From the NCBI RefSeq assembly GCF_009834535.1, contig NC_045697.1, positions 12,836,001 through 12,900,000 on the forward strand: a stretch of DNA of 64,000 nt. The letters are read 5' to 3'. The stretch is from Camelus ferus. Taxonomy: Eukaryota. Within the stretch, counting starts at the first letter, position 1; each line of letters begins with the position of its first letter. The notes below the pieces were generated by a model. The model searched no databases. It was not told the DNA's origin and worked only from the letters and a program-made list of their open reading frames with translations. The translations under genes were made by a program, and so were the position numbers. Positions 12,343-24,680 of this stretch are shown one piece after another.

Positions 12343-12754
12343 CAACTGAAGCTTTTAAACGTCAGAGCATGGTTCACCCACACCCAAGTCTGTTGACTCT
12401 GATGACTGTGCTCTTAACTCCTATGTTGTACCCACAGTAATTTTGAATGAAGGAAGGAAAAAATAAATTAAACAGAAGAGTGAATGAAATATCATATCCA
12501 TCTTTCATCATTTGACCTAGCCTGGCCATTTCAGAAACAGAATAATTATATTCATTCTGTAAATAATGACCTGTCAATCTCTGAAAAGGGCAACTGTAAT
12601 CCTACCAAATCTCTTCTGAGAAATTATCTCACTGTCTTGGCCACTGCTGGGCTCCATGACTTCCAACTGGTTAGTGTTTCCAGATCTCTGGATGTCCAAA
12701 GTGGCCTCTGTGACCTTAGGTGCATGGTCTACTATGGGTCTGAGGTTGCATGTG

Positions 12755-12980
12755 CAGTACAGTGGCAAGAATCTGGGTAACTTTGAGTGATTATGGCTCC
12801 AGCACCTATTCTCTGCTTCTCACTTAGTGACTTAACTTCCACATAAATCAGTTTCTTCATCTGTAAAATGGGGTTAATAATGTCCCTTGGAGTTTGTTAA
12901 GACTAATAAACTAGTTAAATTGAGTAAAATACTTAAGAAAGTGCCTAGTGCATAGTAAATTCTAATGAATTCTAAATAAA
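12755..12980 (+). mobile_element. MIR SINE
   Basis: 'tcagtttcttcatctgtaaaatggggttaataat...acttaagaaagtgcctagtgcatagtaaat'. Confidence 0.8.
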
Positions 12981-14831
12981 ACTGATTTCTCCCTGCTTCT
13001 CTTGCAACTGACTTTAGCAACGCAGCAAAAGTGTCACAGCGCTACGTGATGGGTGATTTCACCCTTTCTCGGAAGGAGTGCTGAGAAACAATTTAGGCTT
13101 TGTCTCCTGAGGGCTGGCAATTCCTTCTGACTGATTTGACCTGTCAATTCAGAGAAGAAAAAGAAAAGCCTACCAAACACCTAATCAGTTCAGTTAAACA
13201 TCAATTTGGCTGATTATTTTATGTTGAGCTGACTGGCAGTCTGCCTGAGGAGATCAAAATGGCTTGTTTTGGCATCCCTTGGCACAGGCTGAGAGCTGAC
13301 AAATGATTTTTGAATTTAGGGAAATAGAGTCTGTGATGATTGTCCAAGGCAAAGACTGTGCCCAAGATCATGACTCCAGGCCATGAAGAGAAAATTAACA
13401 GGCTAGTTAGACTCCTATTGGTGGCCAAACGTTATCACTCATGGATTTGGAGGCCTGAATTGACTTTGCTTTCTGCATTTTGGCAAAGTGTGCCAGATCT
13501 AGGTTTGCCTGGCTGCTGCATAGCCAGTGTGGACCTGAGGGATGTGATTGCTGTTCTCTGTCTGTACCGGTGGAAAGGCTTCCCATCTGAACTTAGCCAG
13601 CTCTACACTCTTCGATTCTCCTACCCAGTGTACACGCTAAGAGCTCAGGTAATGTCTTCTGAACGAATGCCGAATGAGCTGCATAATCAATGTGCGTGAA
13701 ACTGGACCAAGGCCCAGAGGTTAGACAAGATTCATTTGAGAGGCTTGGGTGACCCAGAAACAAGGCTCACTTTTTTATTTTTTGAAGTGTGAGGACAGCA
13801 TATTTAAGAAGATCAGAGTTTCTTTTCTTTAGAGTTCTTCTTAGGACAAATGGCATTACCAACAACTAGGGTCCCTCACAGGGACATTTGGCAATTTCTG
13901 TCTGAGAAATGCTTGAGAGGCCAGGTGGGTGCCCCCTGAAAAGACATACTGAAGTATGTGGGTATGTTTAATGATATTTTGGACTCAAATCACTAGAACT
14001 AACTGCTATTAGGTGTTAAATGTTGACCAGCCAGTTCACCTGTGGATGAAACTCTCCAAACCTGAGAGGGCTTCATCTTTCTTCCCCAAAGTCCAATCAA
14101 TGCTACTGCCCTCCTACCCACCTCCTAGGCTTTGTAGCTGCTGTGTCCCGTGACGAGAGGTGGAACTTCAGCAGCAGAACGTACAGAAGCTTGCTTCATC
14201 CATCTCCTTTCCCTTCTCTCATCTCAGTGCCTTTCTTTAAGCAAGTTCTTTATGTGTCTTTCCTTTCAATTGATGTAGAAATACCTACCAACTCTCTACT
14301 CAAGGCTTGGTCCCATGAACAGCAGCATGGGCGTCACCTGGACAATGCCTGATTTTCCAGGAATCAGGCTTTCTACACTAGTACGTGACATGGCGATGAG
14401 GTCATTCCTTTCCAGTTGTCTTTCGATCCTCCTGCTTAGAGAGAGGGAGTTCGAAGCTAGAGGTTCTAATACTTCTTCAATACTTTTACCTTTCTCTTTC
14501 CACAGAGGAAGTGCAGACTCAGGAACATGTGGCAACCAAAAGTATCTGGCTGTAATTTGTCAGTATTGCTTACTTTTCATTATATTTTTATGTGTATTCT
14601 CTCCTTGTTGCATATTGAGCTGCTTTTTCTCCAGTGCAATTGGTATAAAGTTTAATCCATGAACCAATTTATTTCTGTTAAAGTTGTGAGTTGGATTCCT
14701 ATGGAAATTTTCAGTAAATAACAGTAACTGTGATGCACGGGGATAGGAGAAAATGTGTGTGGAAGATATTTAAATGATTATAGTTGAGCAAGCATTGATT
14801 TTGAGGTCAGAAATCAAAGCGTGACTTACAG

Positions 14832-15009
14832 CAGTGCTTCCTAAACTTTAATATACAGTTTAACCAATGGGATATCTAGTTAAAATAAAGATCCTGACTC
14901 AAGAGACCTGGAATGGGCTGTAAGACCTGAGATTCTGTGCTTCCAGCAAGTTCCAGGATGGTGCTGGATGCCAATCGCACTGTTACTGTGGACACTTTGT
15001 AAAGCAAGG
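14832..15009. mobile_element. MER5A-like hAT-Charlie element
   Basis: 'cagtgcttcctaaactttaat...gacctgagattctgtgcttccagcaagttccaggatggtgctg...ggacactttgtaaagcaagg'; further MER5 fragments at ~14296-14341 and ~15162-15230. Confidence 0.7.
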
Positions 15010-15229
15010 ATCTAAGGGAAAAGAACCCTAGAGGCTTTCTGTTGTGTGCACAGCTCTACAGCTCTTCCTGATCCAATCATACTCACCAAGGGCTCACACT
15101 GTGCCCTGAGGTCAACACTGGTAATAGTAATCCAGGTGTTACCTGCCCATGTTCTCTGTATCAGTGGCTCCTAAAATTTCGCTTTTTTCAGAGTCACCTG
15201 GAGTGTCTGTGAAACCACAAATTGCTGGG

Positions 15230-15680
15230 CAGTGATGATGGTGAGAAATCATCAGATGCTGGTCATATTCTGGAGATAGTGTTGTTAGGATTTGCTGAGA
15301 GATTGCTGAGCAGTGGGAATCAAAGATGACTCTCAGGCCTAAATGAGTGAGCAAGTGGACAAGAGTGCCATTTATGGAAATGGGGAAACTCTAAAGAAGC
15401 AGGTTTGGGGAAACTAATCCATATTTTTGTTTAGCCATACAACATGTGGAATGTTTATCAGATGTATAAGAATAGATATTGAGATAGTGTAGAGTTTGGA
15501 GTTCAAGGAGTAGATCAGAGCTTGATTCACATTTGGGAACCATGAGCATCTGGGTGCTACTTAATGCCTTGTACCTGGAAGAGAGCTCGTAAAATGAGTA
15601 TAGATAGAAAAGAGATTGCCTCTCAGGGAGTTCCTGCACACAAAGTGTGGAGAAGTGAATGCTGCAGGTTGAACTGAAAG
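15230..15680 (-). mobile_element. L2 fragment
   Basis: Purine-rich 'atcaaagatgactctcagg...gtgccatttatggaaatgggga...gtttggagttcaaggagtagatcagagct...ttgggaaccatgagcatc'. Confidence 0.75.
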
Positions 15681-16944
15681 GGGGATTTTGTACTCTCTAA
15701 GATAGCACCTGAGGATGTGGCAGCACCTGGGAAGGACTGGCCAAGAGGGGCACCAGGGAGAGAGGATCCTTTGCCCTGGATTTACCACTCAGTCAAAGAT
15801 TCCTGTGCCAGACATGGCAGAGGAACCAAACAGATGGAATCATTCAAGGAGGGACAGCGGGCATCTGAACTGGAAGGAGTGAGGGCACCACCAAAGATGC
15901 CCAACTGATACCTCAGCATTGACTAAATCCCTGTTCTCAGCACAATGTCAAGTTGCCCTTCAGGTGCCCTTGACACCTCAAGTATGTGCAAGAATAGCAG
16001 AAATTGTCATGAGATAGACAAGGAATAAGGCAATTAATCAAAACTAAATTAATCTAATGAAAATGATAATATATTTGTTGCACGTGGCCTGAGATTTGCA
16101 TCTACTACATCCTGATTCTAATCACTAGTGGTGTAAATGCAGTTTCCTAACTAACAGAGGATTTTTTTTTTCTAATCATTTCCCCCATTCCCAGAAAATG
16201 CTTGCATTTGTCTAATATACTAGTTTTGGAAGATGATCTTGGAAAAAATGTTTTTTGCATAGTGATGAGCTAAGGAAACGTATCTTTCTGCCTGGAGTCA
16301 TGAACCTGACACAGTGAACACAGTGAAATTTGCTGTACATTTTATCAGAGGTAGTTAATTTGATTTTCTAAAATAAAGCAGAGCATCAGTTTGTCATTAG
16401 GTCTGAGAATTACTGTGTTTCAGAAGTCACTCTGCATACCCCAAAAGGGTTTTATTGGATGTGAATAATAACAACCTACAAATATATTGATGATAATGAG
16501 CATCTAAATGTTCTGTAAGGAGAAAAAGAAAAAAAAAATCCCTGACAAGCATGAATGGTGACTCATGATGGCCAGAATTTTTAAAATTTATGATCATTAC
16601 AACATGAAAAAATAATTATGAATAATAAAAATCTGTTACAATAATTAGCTGTAATGAATGCTCATGGTGAGCCAAATGAACTGGTACAATTTAAGGCAAT
16701 ATCACATAATTTGCATTTTGTGTTATGTCAGATCATTCTATCATTAGTGAGAAAGGAGAAGTCCGAAGAAAGATAAAGAGACAATGGAGACAGAAAGGGT
16801 ACTGATGAAGAGAAAGTAAAATAAACTGTTCAGCTTCCTCTATTCCTGTCTTCTCCAAAAAAGTGAAAAATGCGTATTGCATTTTTTTATACTTTACTTT
16901 TTACATCCATTCCAAATTCTTCTTTGAGGGTGTCAGTAGTATGA

Positions 16945-17370
16945 GATAGTAAAAGATAATCAGTTTAGCAGACATTTGAATCTAACAGAATTGAGTTTGA
17001 ACCTCTACCTGGCTTTGCATACATTATGTAACTTAGGCAACTTCCTTAGCTGACCTAAGTCTCAGCTACACTCGTAAAACAGAGTAATAATAGATATTGC
17101 CTAAAGTTGTGGTGAGGAGTGAATATGTCACTGTAACAACTACCTCTCAGTCAGTGCTCATCATGCACCTGGCATTCTCCTAGGTACTTTCACACAAACT
17201 ACGTCATTCAGTCCTCCTGACCACCCCAACCAAGAAGGGCTCCAATGATCTCTTTTGCAGATGAGAAAACAAGATCTAAAGTGATGGAATACAAATAACA
17301 AGTGACGGAGTGGGATTTGGTACCCAGATGGGCACCAGGGCGCTTAGGCGCCAGAGTTCACATCTTCCAC
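16945..17370. mobile_element. Two tail-to-tail MIR fragments
   Basis: Plus-strand MIR ('gagtttgaacctc...gtaacttaggcaacttccttagc', ~16945-17160) followed by a minus-strand MIR ('ttttgcagatgagaaaac...gggatttggtacccag', ~17150-17370). Confidence 0.65.
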
Positions 17371-17599
17371 TGCTCCTCTAAGCAGCTCTGCTGGCCGGTA
17401 GCAGCATGGTGCCTGGGACGCAGCTCAGCAAAGGTCAGGTATCTCTGTTTTTCATATCACCTTTGTGTGAGCAAAAAAGAGTGTGCATTTACATTTGTGA
17501 GTGGGCTTTACTGTAATTAATTTAACTCTACAGCATGAAGGGCAACACTTGGGGTTGGCTTTGAAATTCTCCTAGAGTAACTGGTCCTATCCGGTAGGA

Positions 17600-18990
17600 T
17601 CCCTGCATTGTGAGACCACAAGGTTACTGCAAAGTGACTTTCTCAGTTGGAGGGTGATGAGCAGCTTCCTGACATCCGACAGGATGGAAGCACCATCGCT
17701 CACCAGCACGTCACCCAGAGCACTTAGGGTAATCCCCCCTCCACTGACCCCAACAGGGACTTCTCTGTGACTCAGCTGAGTGAGACTTCTCTGGTGCCTG
17801 GATTCAGGGGCTCAGTATGGTAGTGAGGAGTGGAGGGAGGTTAGTTCTGTGCACCTGGAGCAGGAAGACAGGAGACTTAATTGCCCAAGTCTCCTTTTGT
17901 CTGCTTGGGCAGTATTTGCAAATGACGTTAAACAGACACTCCCAATTTGTGTCTACTTAGTTAATTTTGGAAGAGGTGCTCGTTACATCACTTCAGTTAT
18001 TAAATGTGAGCATTAAAAATAGAGTCCATTTCATAATTTGATTTTGTAATTTCTTTATTTTATAGTATATCAGGAGCCTTGTCAAATGGGAAGGTCTTGG
18101 CTTTCCACATCCGGTGAGAAAGCTGGCATGGTTTACACTGAGTTAAATGTGTACAAACTGTCAGGATGCAGGTGGACTCACCCTCTCCATTGTATTGAGA
18201 CAGGTAAAGAACACAAAACCAAAAGGCAGAGTAAGTAAACATGAAGTGGGATTTCTCAGCCTGTAGGCTGGCCCCTTTTCCTGAATGTTCACTATTTTTC
18301 TTTCAAAAGAAATGCAAAGACAGGAACTCCAACCCCAGACCTCTGCTCTCCTGTCTCCTCCAGCTCAACTCTTTCTTTTCTTCTCTCAGGTCCCCCTGCG
18401 CACCAGCTTCCAAGCTCTCTGGTGGTCTCCCTGCTGGATGTTATGAAACCACACAGCTGGGCCTCCCTCTCTCACCCTCCCAAGCCCAGTTAGCCCCTGA
18501 TCGCCTTAGGGAACCCCCCCAGGGCAAGGGGAGATGGTTTGTTTTCCTCTTTCTCCCCAGGAGGCATCAGATGAATGCCTCTAGGCTGAACAGGGGCCTG
18601 CAGGAATTTGCTTTTAAAGAAAAGACAGAAGAAAGAAAAGAGGGAGGAAAGTTCCCTTTAGGCAGCATGTCTCCTTTGGGTGAAGTCGAAGTTCCCTGGG
18701 CAGAGCCACTGGGCTGAGTCCAAGGCATTGTTTTTAATACATGGATATCAAGTCCATTAGGAAACTTGTCTGGGATTTTGGATGGTCTCATTCACAGAAA
18801 GGGCATACTTGTTACCTAGTGGTTGCTAAAATCTCACATATGAAATGTTTTTGTTTGATTATAATCAGAAAGGATTAGTTTTTTTTTTAGCGTGCACAGG
18901 GGTCCTTACTCAGTTGGAGTTAGCTTCAGGCAAAACAGAAACGCGGGAAAAGAGAGCAGCCCTGGGCTGCCAGTTATATCAGGTCTCTAA
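17600..18990. promoter_or_regulatory. Candidate promoter/enhancer block
   Basis: No recognisable repeat and locally GC-richer. Motifs: TGACTCAGC (AP-1/ARE, 17768), TGACGTTA (17923), GTTACATCA (17982), TTAAAAATAG (MEF2, 18013), kB-like GGAAAGTTCCC (18646), GCCCTGGGC (AP-2, 18959), minus-strand TATAA (18974-18978). Confidence 0.45.
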
Positions 18991-20689
18991 CAAGAATTGT
19001 CTTCCTTTCATTTTCTTGTAATTTTTTGCTAAAGGAAAGAGAGATGAGAGAGAGAGTGAGAGAGAGAGAGAAAGATTGATTTAATTAATTGCTTATATTT
19101 TTTAGTTAAGTGATAAAGACATTAATCTTTGCTGAAGCAGTGGATTTTAGTGGTCTTCCAGGGCTGAAAAGAATACTTGAGCTTCAACTTCCAGTCTTGA
19201 CATTTTCTCAGAGGACTTAGTGAAAACAATTTTATTCCCAGTTTACAAATTGGGGTTTCTTTAAAAAAGCAGTATATGGTCAGGTTGTTGGAACTAACTT
19301 TAATCAAAGAGTTCAAAGTCCCTTATTCCAAGGGCTGGATTTGTTGTTTTTACATTAATTGTGTGTATTTGTCATTTCTGGGTCAAAGTAAATTTTTGTT
19401 TAAACCAAATACTTTCATGTAAGACAAGGACAGTCGGACATCAAAATCGTCCCCCAGGAACGGCTTCAAACTACTTCTTTTGATAACATTCTGCATGACA
19501 TGTTCAGTGCACCCATCACATCAAAGCTGATTCTGTCTTGGAAAAAAAAAAAAAAAAAGACAAGGAAGGAACTCTTTAATTTTGTTTTTCTTAGAAAATG
19601 CATGTTTCAGTTTTCTCTCCATGTGTATTTTTAAAGCCATTGATGCACTTTCAAAAGAGGATTTTCAATAACCTTGAGTAGAGATGTAGAATGCACAATT
19701 CTTACTTTGAACACATAGAACCTGACAGATTTAGGAAAAGTTGTTAGAGGAGGTCACTTTGGGGGCAGTTCTATAAAATGTTTAACGCTGACCTCAGTGG
19801 CCATGAACAGAATGAAAGCCTTCAAATTACCTTCTCTTCTTGGATGGTGATAAGTTGACACAATGCTTAAAGTATACTGTCTTTTCTGTTATCACTGCCA
19901 GACTCCAGGATTCTGGCTTTCTGATGCACCCAAGCCTTCACAGGAAGTCTCCTACTGCATAAGAGGTGGATTGCTGAGATCAGGAGCAAATGGCATTTCT
20001 TGGAAGTACCCATAAAGAACTGATTAAAATGTTATCATTAGTAGAAACACATTATGGAAGAAAAATACGTAGGTTGAATGTAGGTTTATGGCCCTTCATA
20101 GTTCGTCTAAAGTGCTTTTTATAAAGATGGCTTGGAAATGGGATTTTAAGGCCTGCCAAAATATTTGTACTTTGATGGAACTTGTGATAATAGCTATGGT
20201 AAATTAAATAATACACTTCTAAGATTTCATGTACTTACTTATTTCATGACGGTTCTTAAGTGTCCAGTAAATGACAGATGAATAGTGGGGATACTTAGAA
20301 AAATGTGATAGTTACTTTCCTTATGGTTCAAAAAATCTGCTGGGACAGATAGATAGGAAACCCTCAACTGTCCTGTCAGAGACACATGCCCAAAGGATGA
20401 GCATCTAAGTAAGAGAAGAGTGATCAGTAAGGGCTTCAAGGAAGGGGACATTATTGAGTTTACTTTTACCTGTGAAGTATCTCTGGGGAGAACAACCTAC
20501 TGAAAACTCAAGAAAGTTGGTTAATCACAGCAAGTTTGCTAAAAAGCTCAGTTCTTTCTCCCTTTTAGCTAAAACTGCCCTGACCTTGGCATGGAATCTT
20601 GAAAGGAGGCCTGAGTTTTTGTTGTGTGCACTATTTGGACTGGGATGAGCACAGAACCTGTGGTCTCTCTAACTGTTGAAAAGTTTCTC

Positions 20690-22200
20690 AGTTTGATCCT
20701 GGGCTCCCTTCTCTTCTCCCTCTCTGTTCTCTGTCTCTTATACATCAGTGCTTTTAGTCATTGGCTGTATTCAGTGACAAACTGTATCACCAGCTCAAAC
20801 TTTTCCTCTGAGTTCCAGAGTGATATAGCCTATTGTCCACATTTCTTCTCTAGAAAGTCTTAGAAGAATCTTTGGAATCAAGCATAACTCATTTTGATGA
20901 GTATCACTATCATTCAATTAGGCTTAACCAGAAATTCCATGTTTTTACTTAACCCACTCATTTCTAAGCTCCCTTCACATCCAATCCATCACTAAATTCT
21001 GTTGATTTTACTTTCTAAACTTCTCCGGAATTTGGCAACATTCCTCTATATCTATCACCAGAAACGATTCCAAATTATAATAAACCCTTGCTGGTTCAAT
21101 TACAGAATTATTTTTGTCCCCTGTATCAGCCAGGTGGTCAGGATTCTCCAGAGAATTGTATATTTCTATCTGTATCTGTATTTTTAAGGAATTGACTTAC
21201 ACAATTGTGGGGGCTGGTGCGTCTGAAATCTATAGGCAAGGCCAGTTGGCAGCAGGCTGGAAACTCAAGTGGAGTTGGTGTTGCAGTCTTGAGTTGAAAT
21301 TTGTAGGACAGGCCATCGTGCTAGAAACTCAGGCAGTATTTCTGTGTTACAGTCTTGAGATAGAATTCCTTTTCCTCTTGAAAACCTTAGTTTTGCCTCT
21401 TAAGGTTTCAGTTGATTAGATGAGACTCTACATGGTGGAGGGTAATTTCCTTTATTTAAAGTCACCTGATTGTGGATGTTAATCACACTACAAAATCGTA
21501 CTTCACAGCAGCATCTACCCTAATGTTTGACCAAATAACTGGATACCACATCCTAGCCAAGTTGACACATCATGTTTAAAAATTACACCTTCAATCCCTT
21601 TGAATCCCTTCTCAGCACTGTAGCTAGAATTATGTTTTAAAAATATAAACTGGATGGTATATTGTTGACTTACATCTTAAAAACTTTAAATGTCTTCTCA
21701 TGCTACCTGTCCTACAAAGTACAGTGAAGCAAATTCTAGCTGGACTGTAACTTCATTTCTCACATGATTATACTTTGTGGATCATCTGCAGTGGCTTTCT
21801 CATATTTCTTTAGCTGAACCCCTTTCTCCTGCTACCGGGATTTTGCAAACATTTTTCCTTCTACGTGAAATGTCCTTCCTTCCTCTTCTTATTAGTTTCC
21901 TCCTGTGCATCCATATTTCAGCTCAATTGTCCCATGTTCAATGAAATTGACTTTTCAGTGACTTCCTTGACAAGGTCAAGTGTGTTAGAAGCTATTAGAG
22001 TGCTATGAACTTCTCCATTATATATTCTAATCTCTATTCATGTTTGTGTGATTACTTAATTAAAGTCTGACCCACATCTGAACAGTAAACTTTAGCAGTT
22101 CCTTAAGAACAGAAGCTATGTTTGTTTCTGTTCATGGTGGTATCTTCTGCATTAGTTCATAATGGATACTCAGTAAATACTTGTCTAAAGAAAAAAATTA
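20690..22200 (+). mobile_element. L2 split by an MLT2 LTR
   Basis: 'ctgggctcccttctcttctc', 'cctctgagttccagag', 'catccaatccatcactaaattctgttgattttac' and a 3' end 'ggatactcagtaaatacttg'. Confidence 0.7.
21122..21587 (-). mobile_element. ERVL solo LTR, MLT2C/D-like
   Basis: 'aggattctccagagaa...aaggaattgacttacacaattgtgggggctgg...gctggaaactc...cctagccaagttgacacat'. Confidence 0.85.
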
Positions 22201-23502
22201 TGAATTAATAATTCATTGGGTGCTCTTACCCAATAAGCATTGAGTTCTTTGTGAGCAGAGACCCTCTCTTGTTATGCAATTTTATCACCAGCACCCTGCA
22301 TATTACTAGGAATGTAGAGGTTTTTCCCTGGAAAAATTTAGTTTGGAAATATGGAGACAATAATCATTAAATGGCTGGCCCTAAGACTGAGAGTTCCGTA
22401 AATAGAGTTGCAGTTGTTGGTCATGTATTGTCTCTAACAAGGCAATAAAGTAAGCACAGACAGCTACTGGGGAGAGGAATGAACCAACTAGCTAACACAA
22501 AAGACACCGTGTGGCCCTAAAGAGGTGAGGAGAGTGGCCTCAGTTGTTAAATTTCTGTGCTTTTATATATTTTTTATTTTTTTTTCCCTTCTTAAAGTCT
22601 GGACATACCTTTACTTCAGTCTTTGGAGTCTAAGAAATTTCTGTTTCCCATAAGAAATCTCAACACCACTGTTCCCTTTTAATATTTAAGTTATTGATAG
22701 AAGCTTTTACTCCTTGTAGCCAAAAGAACTCTAAATTAAACAACATGCTTCTAGGGAACACTCTGACAGAATCATTACCCTGCCTTTTCTTCACTATTTC
22801 CTCCTGCCCTTTTTCTCCCTTCTCTGTCCCGTCAGTATCTTAAGTGCTTATAAAGAATACCAGTGGAGGGCAAATTTTGCTGGCCTGGCATAAGAGTGAG
22901 TGACGGGAATTTGGCCAGATTTAAGTGGAAGTGCAGTCTGCTTAAAAGTCCAGAAAGCAAGTAAAACAGCAATGACACTTACTACTGTTTGTCATTTATT
23001 AGTTCCTTAGATTGTGTCAGGTGCTCTGGTAGGTTTTCCTGAAATCTTCTCTGACTATGGCCGTCCCTCTACCCGTGGTTGTCTCACGTGCCCCTCTTAG
23101 TCTTTGTTTGCATCCTTATTATCATAATTACCATATTGTTTTACAATTTCTCTGATCAGTCTTTCTCATTATGTGGTGAACCGTTTTGAATTTGAAGATC
23201 CTAACAATAATTTTAAATCAAAGATGTTGAATCTGTGTCTTCTATACAAATAAATATGTAGGCACAAATATATTATCTTAAATAATTTCAACATAGCTAA
23301 CATGTATATAGTGCTTATTAGTTGCCAGTTACTTTTCTAAGTTCTTTTAATATTTTAAATTAATTCATAGTTTTTTTTTTTTTTTTTGAATTGTAGTCTT
23401 GGGGTTTCTGGATTCCTAAAATGGTAGTCTTTCCACCAGTTCTGTCTCTGTAGGGAAGCTGGGTTTAAATTATGACTCTTTGGCTTATTTGTTTTGATAT
23501 TG

Positions 23503-23640
23503 GGTATATTAGAGTTCTTCAGAGAAACAGAACAACAGGATACGTATATTGCTCTCTCTCTCTCTCTCTACAAGTGAATCGCTATGCTGTATACCAGGAA
23601 TTAACATATTGTAAATGACTATACTTCAATGAAAAATAAT
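23503..23640. mobile_element. MLT2 terminal stub + (CT)n + extreme 3' tip of young L1
   Basis: 'tattagagttcttcagagaaacagaac' (matches ~26331) followed by 'tgaatcgctatgctgtataccaggaattaacatattgtaaatgactatacttcaatgaaaaa'. Confidence 0.7.
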
Positions 23641-24289
23641 ATGTAAGGCTCTGCTTTAATAACAGCAGTCTCTAACTTGCCTATATTTGGCAATAGACAG
23701 CCAGCACACAGTAGGTCTTCAGTAAATGTTACGTGCTTTTAATTGAAGACAGATGGGATTTATATAGAATAGAATGATCTTTAAAATGAATTATAAACCT
23801 CAACCAAAACAAGCTAACATTTTCAAGTGTGAAAATAGGTATTATTTCTAAATTAATTTAATACAAGTCATAAATCAAAACTGTAGTATCTCAAATACTT
23901 TTATCTTCGGGTTTGAAGCAAGTGACAGCTATGCAAAATGCTTCTAAATGTTAAGAACATGTTTGTGTAGGATGAGTAATTTACCATGTCTGACATTGAC
24001 AGAGGTAGTTTAACTGACCTCTCAACCCTTCAAACATCTGGTATGTTTCCAATAAATAGGGCAGCATAAAAGGTAATATAGAAGGAAAACTTGCTCAGGG
24101 TTTAGGGATATAAGTTTGTTGGGCTGTGGGATTATGGATGTATATGCTTTTAATCATGGAAGATTATGAATATACAATCAGAATTTTTTATTAAAAAATA
24201 GAAATAGCTTCTGAGCAACCACTGGAATTTGAAATCGAAGCAGGGAGCTTCGAGGGCAATGTAATTTTCTTAACAATTACAGCTTCCAT

Positions 24290-24680
24290 TCGATGAGAAT
24301 TTTTATTTTGCCAGGAATGGTGATAGGAAAATTGAGTTCATTACCTTTCATCCTTAAAACCATCTTAAGAGATAGGTACAGTTCTTGGTTTAATTACAAA
24401 GGAACTGAAGTGCAAAAAGTTGGACAAAGTAGCTGTAGGTTCCAAAACAGAAGCTAGCAGAACGAGATATGCCTTCAGGTCTCACGGATGCAAAGGCACA
24501 TGCTCTTTTTGCTACCTACCTCTTAGAGTTGTTGTGAGACTGAGGTAATGATAATGTAAACACCTCACATATATTAACATATTTAGTCCTTACAGCAACC
24601 CTGTCAGGAAGTTGAGAAGTTATATGAACTGGCCAACAGCAAACAGCTGACTCGTGTGACCTGGCTCTGAGGCACAAACT
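24290..24680. mobile_element. MIR fragments
   Basis: 'tcatccttaaaaccatcttaagagataggtac...aactgaagtgcaaaaagtt' and 'tacctcttagagttgttgtgagactgag'. Confidence 0.55.

Noticed and set aside
13340..13699. 119-aa plus-strand ORF
   Set aside because: Starts at TTG, has no recognisable domain and no convincing splice boundaries
18161..18190. Minus-strand 'MERV...' start reminiscent of TNFSF4 (OX40L)
   Set aside because: The unspliced frame stops after MERVSPPAS and has no further similarity
18241..18717. Longest ORF in the window (158 aa) and the internal acceptor ttctctcag at ~18389
   Set aside because: No recognisable homology, biased composition, and no good donor downstream. The pyrimidine tract is equally explained as a purine-rich minus-strand leader
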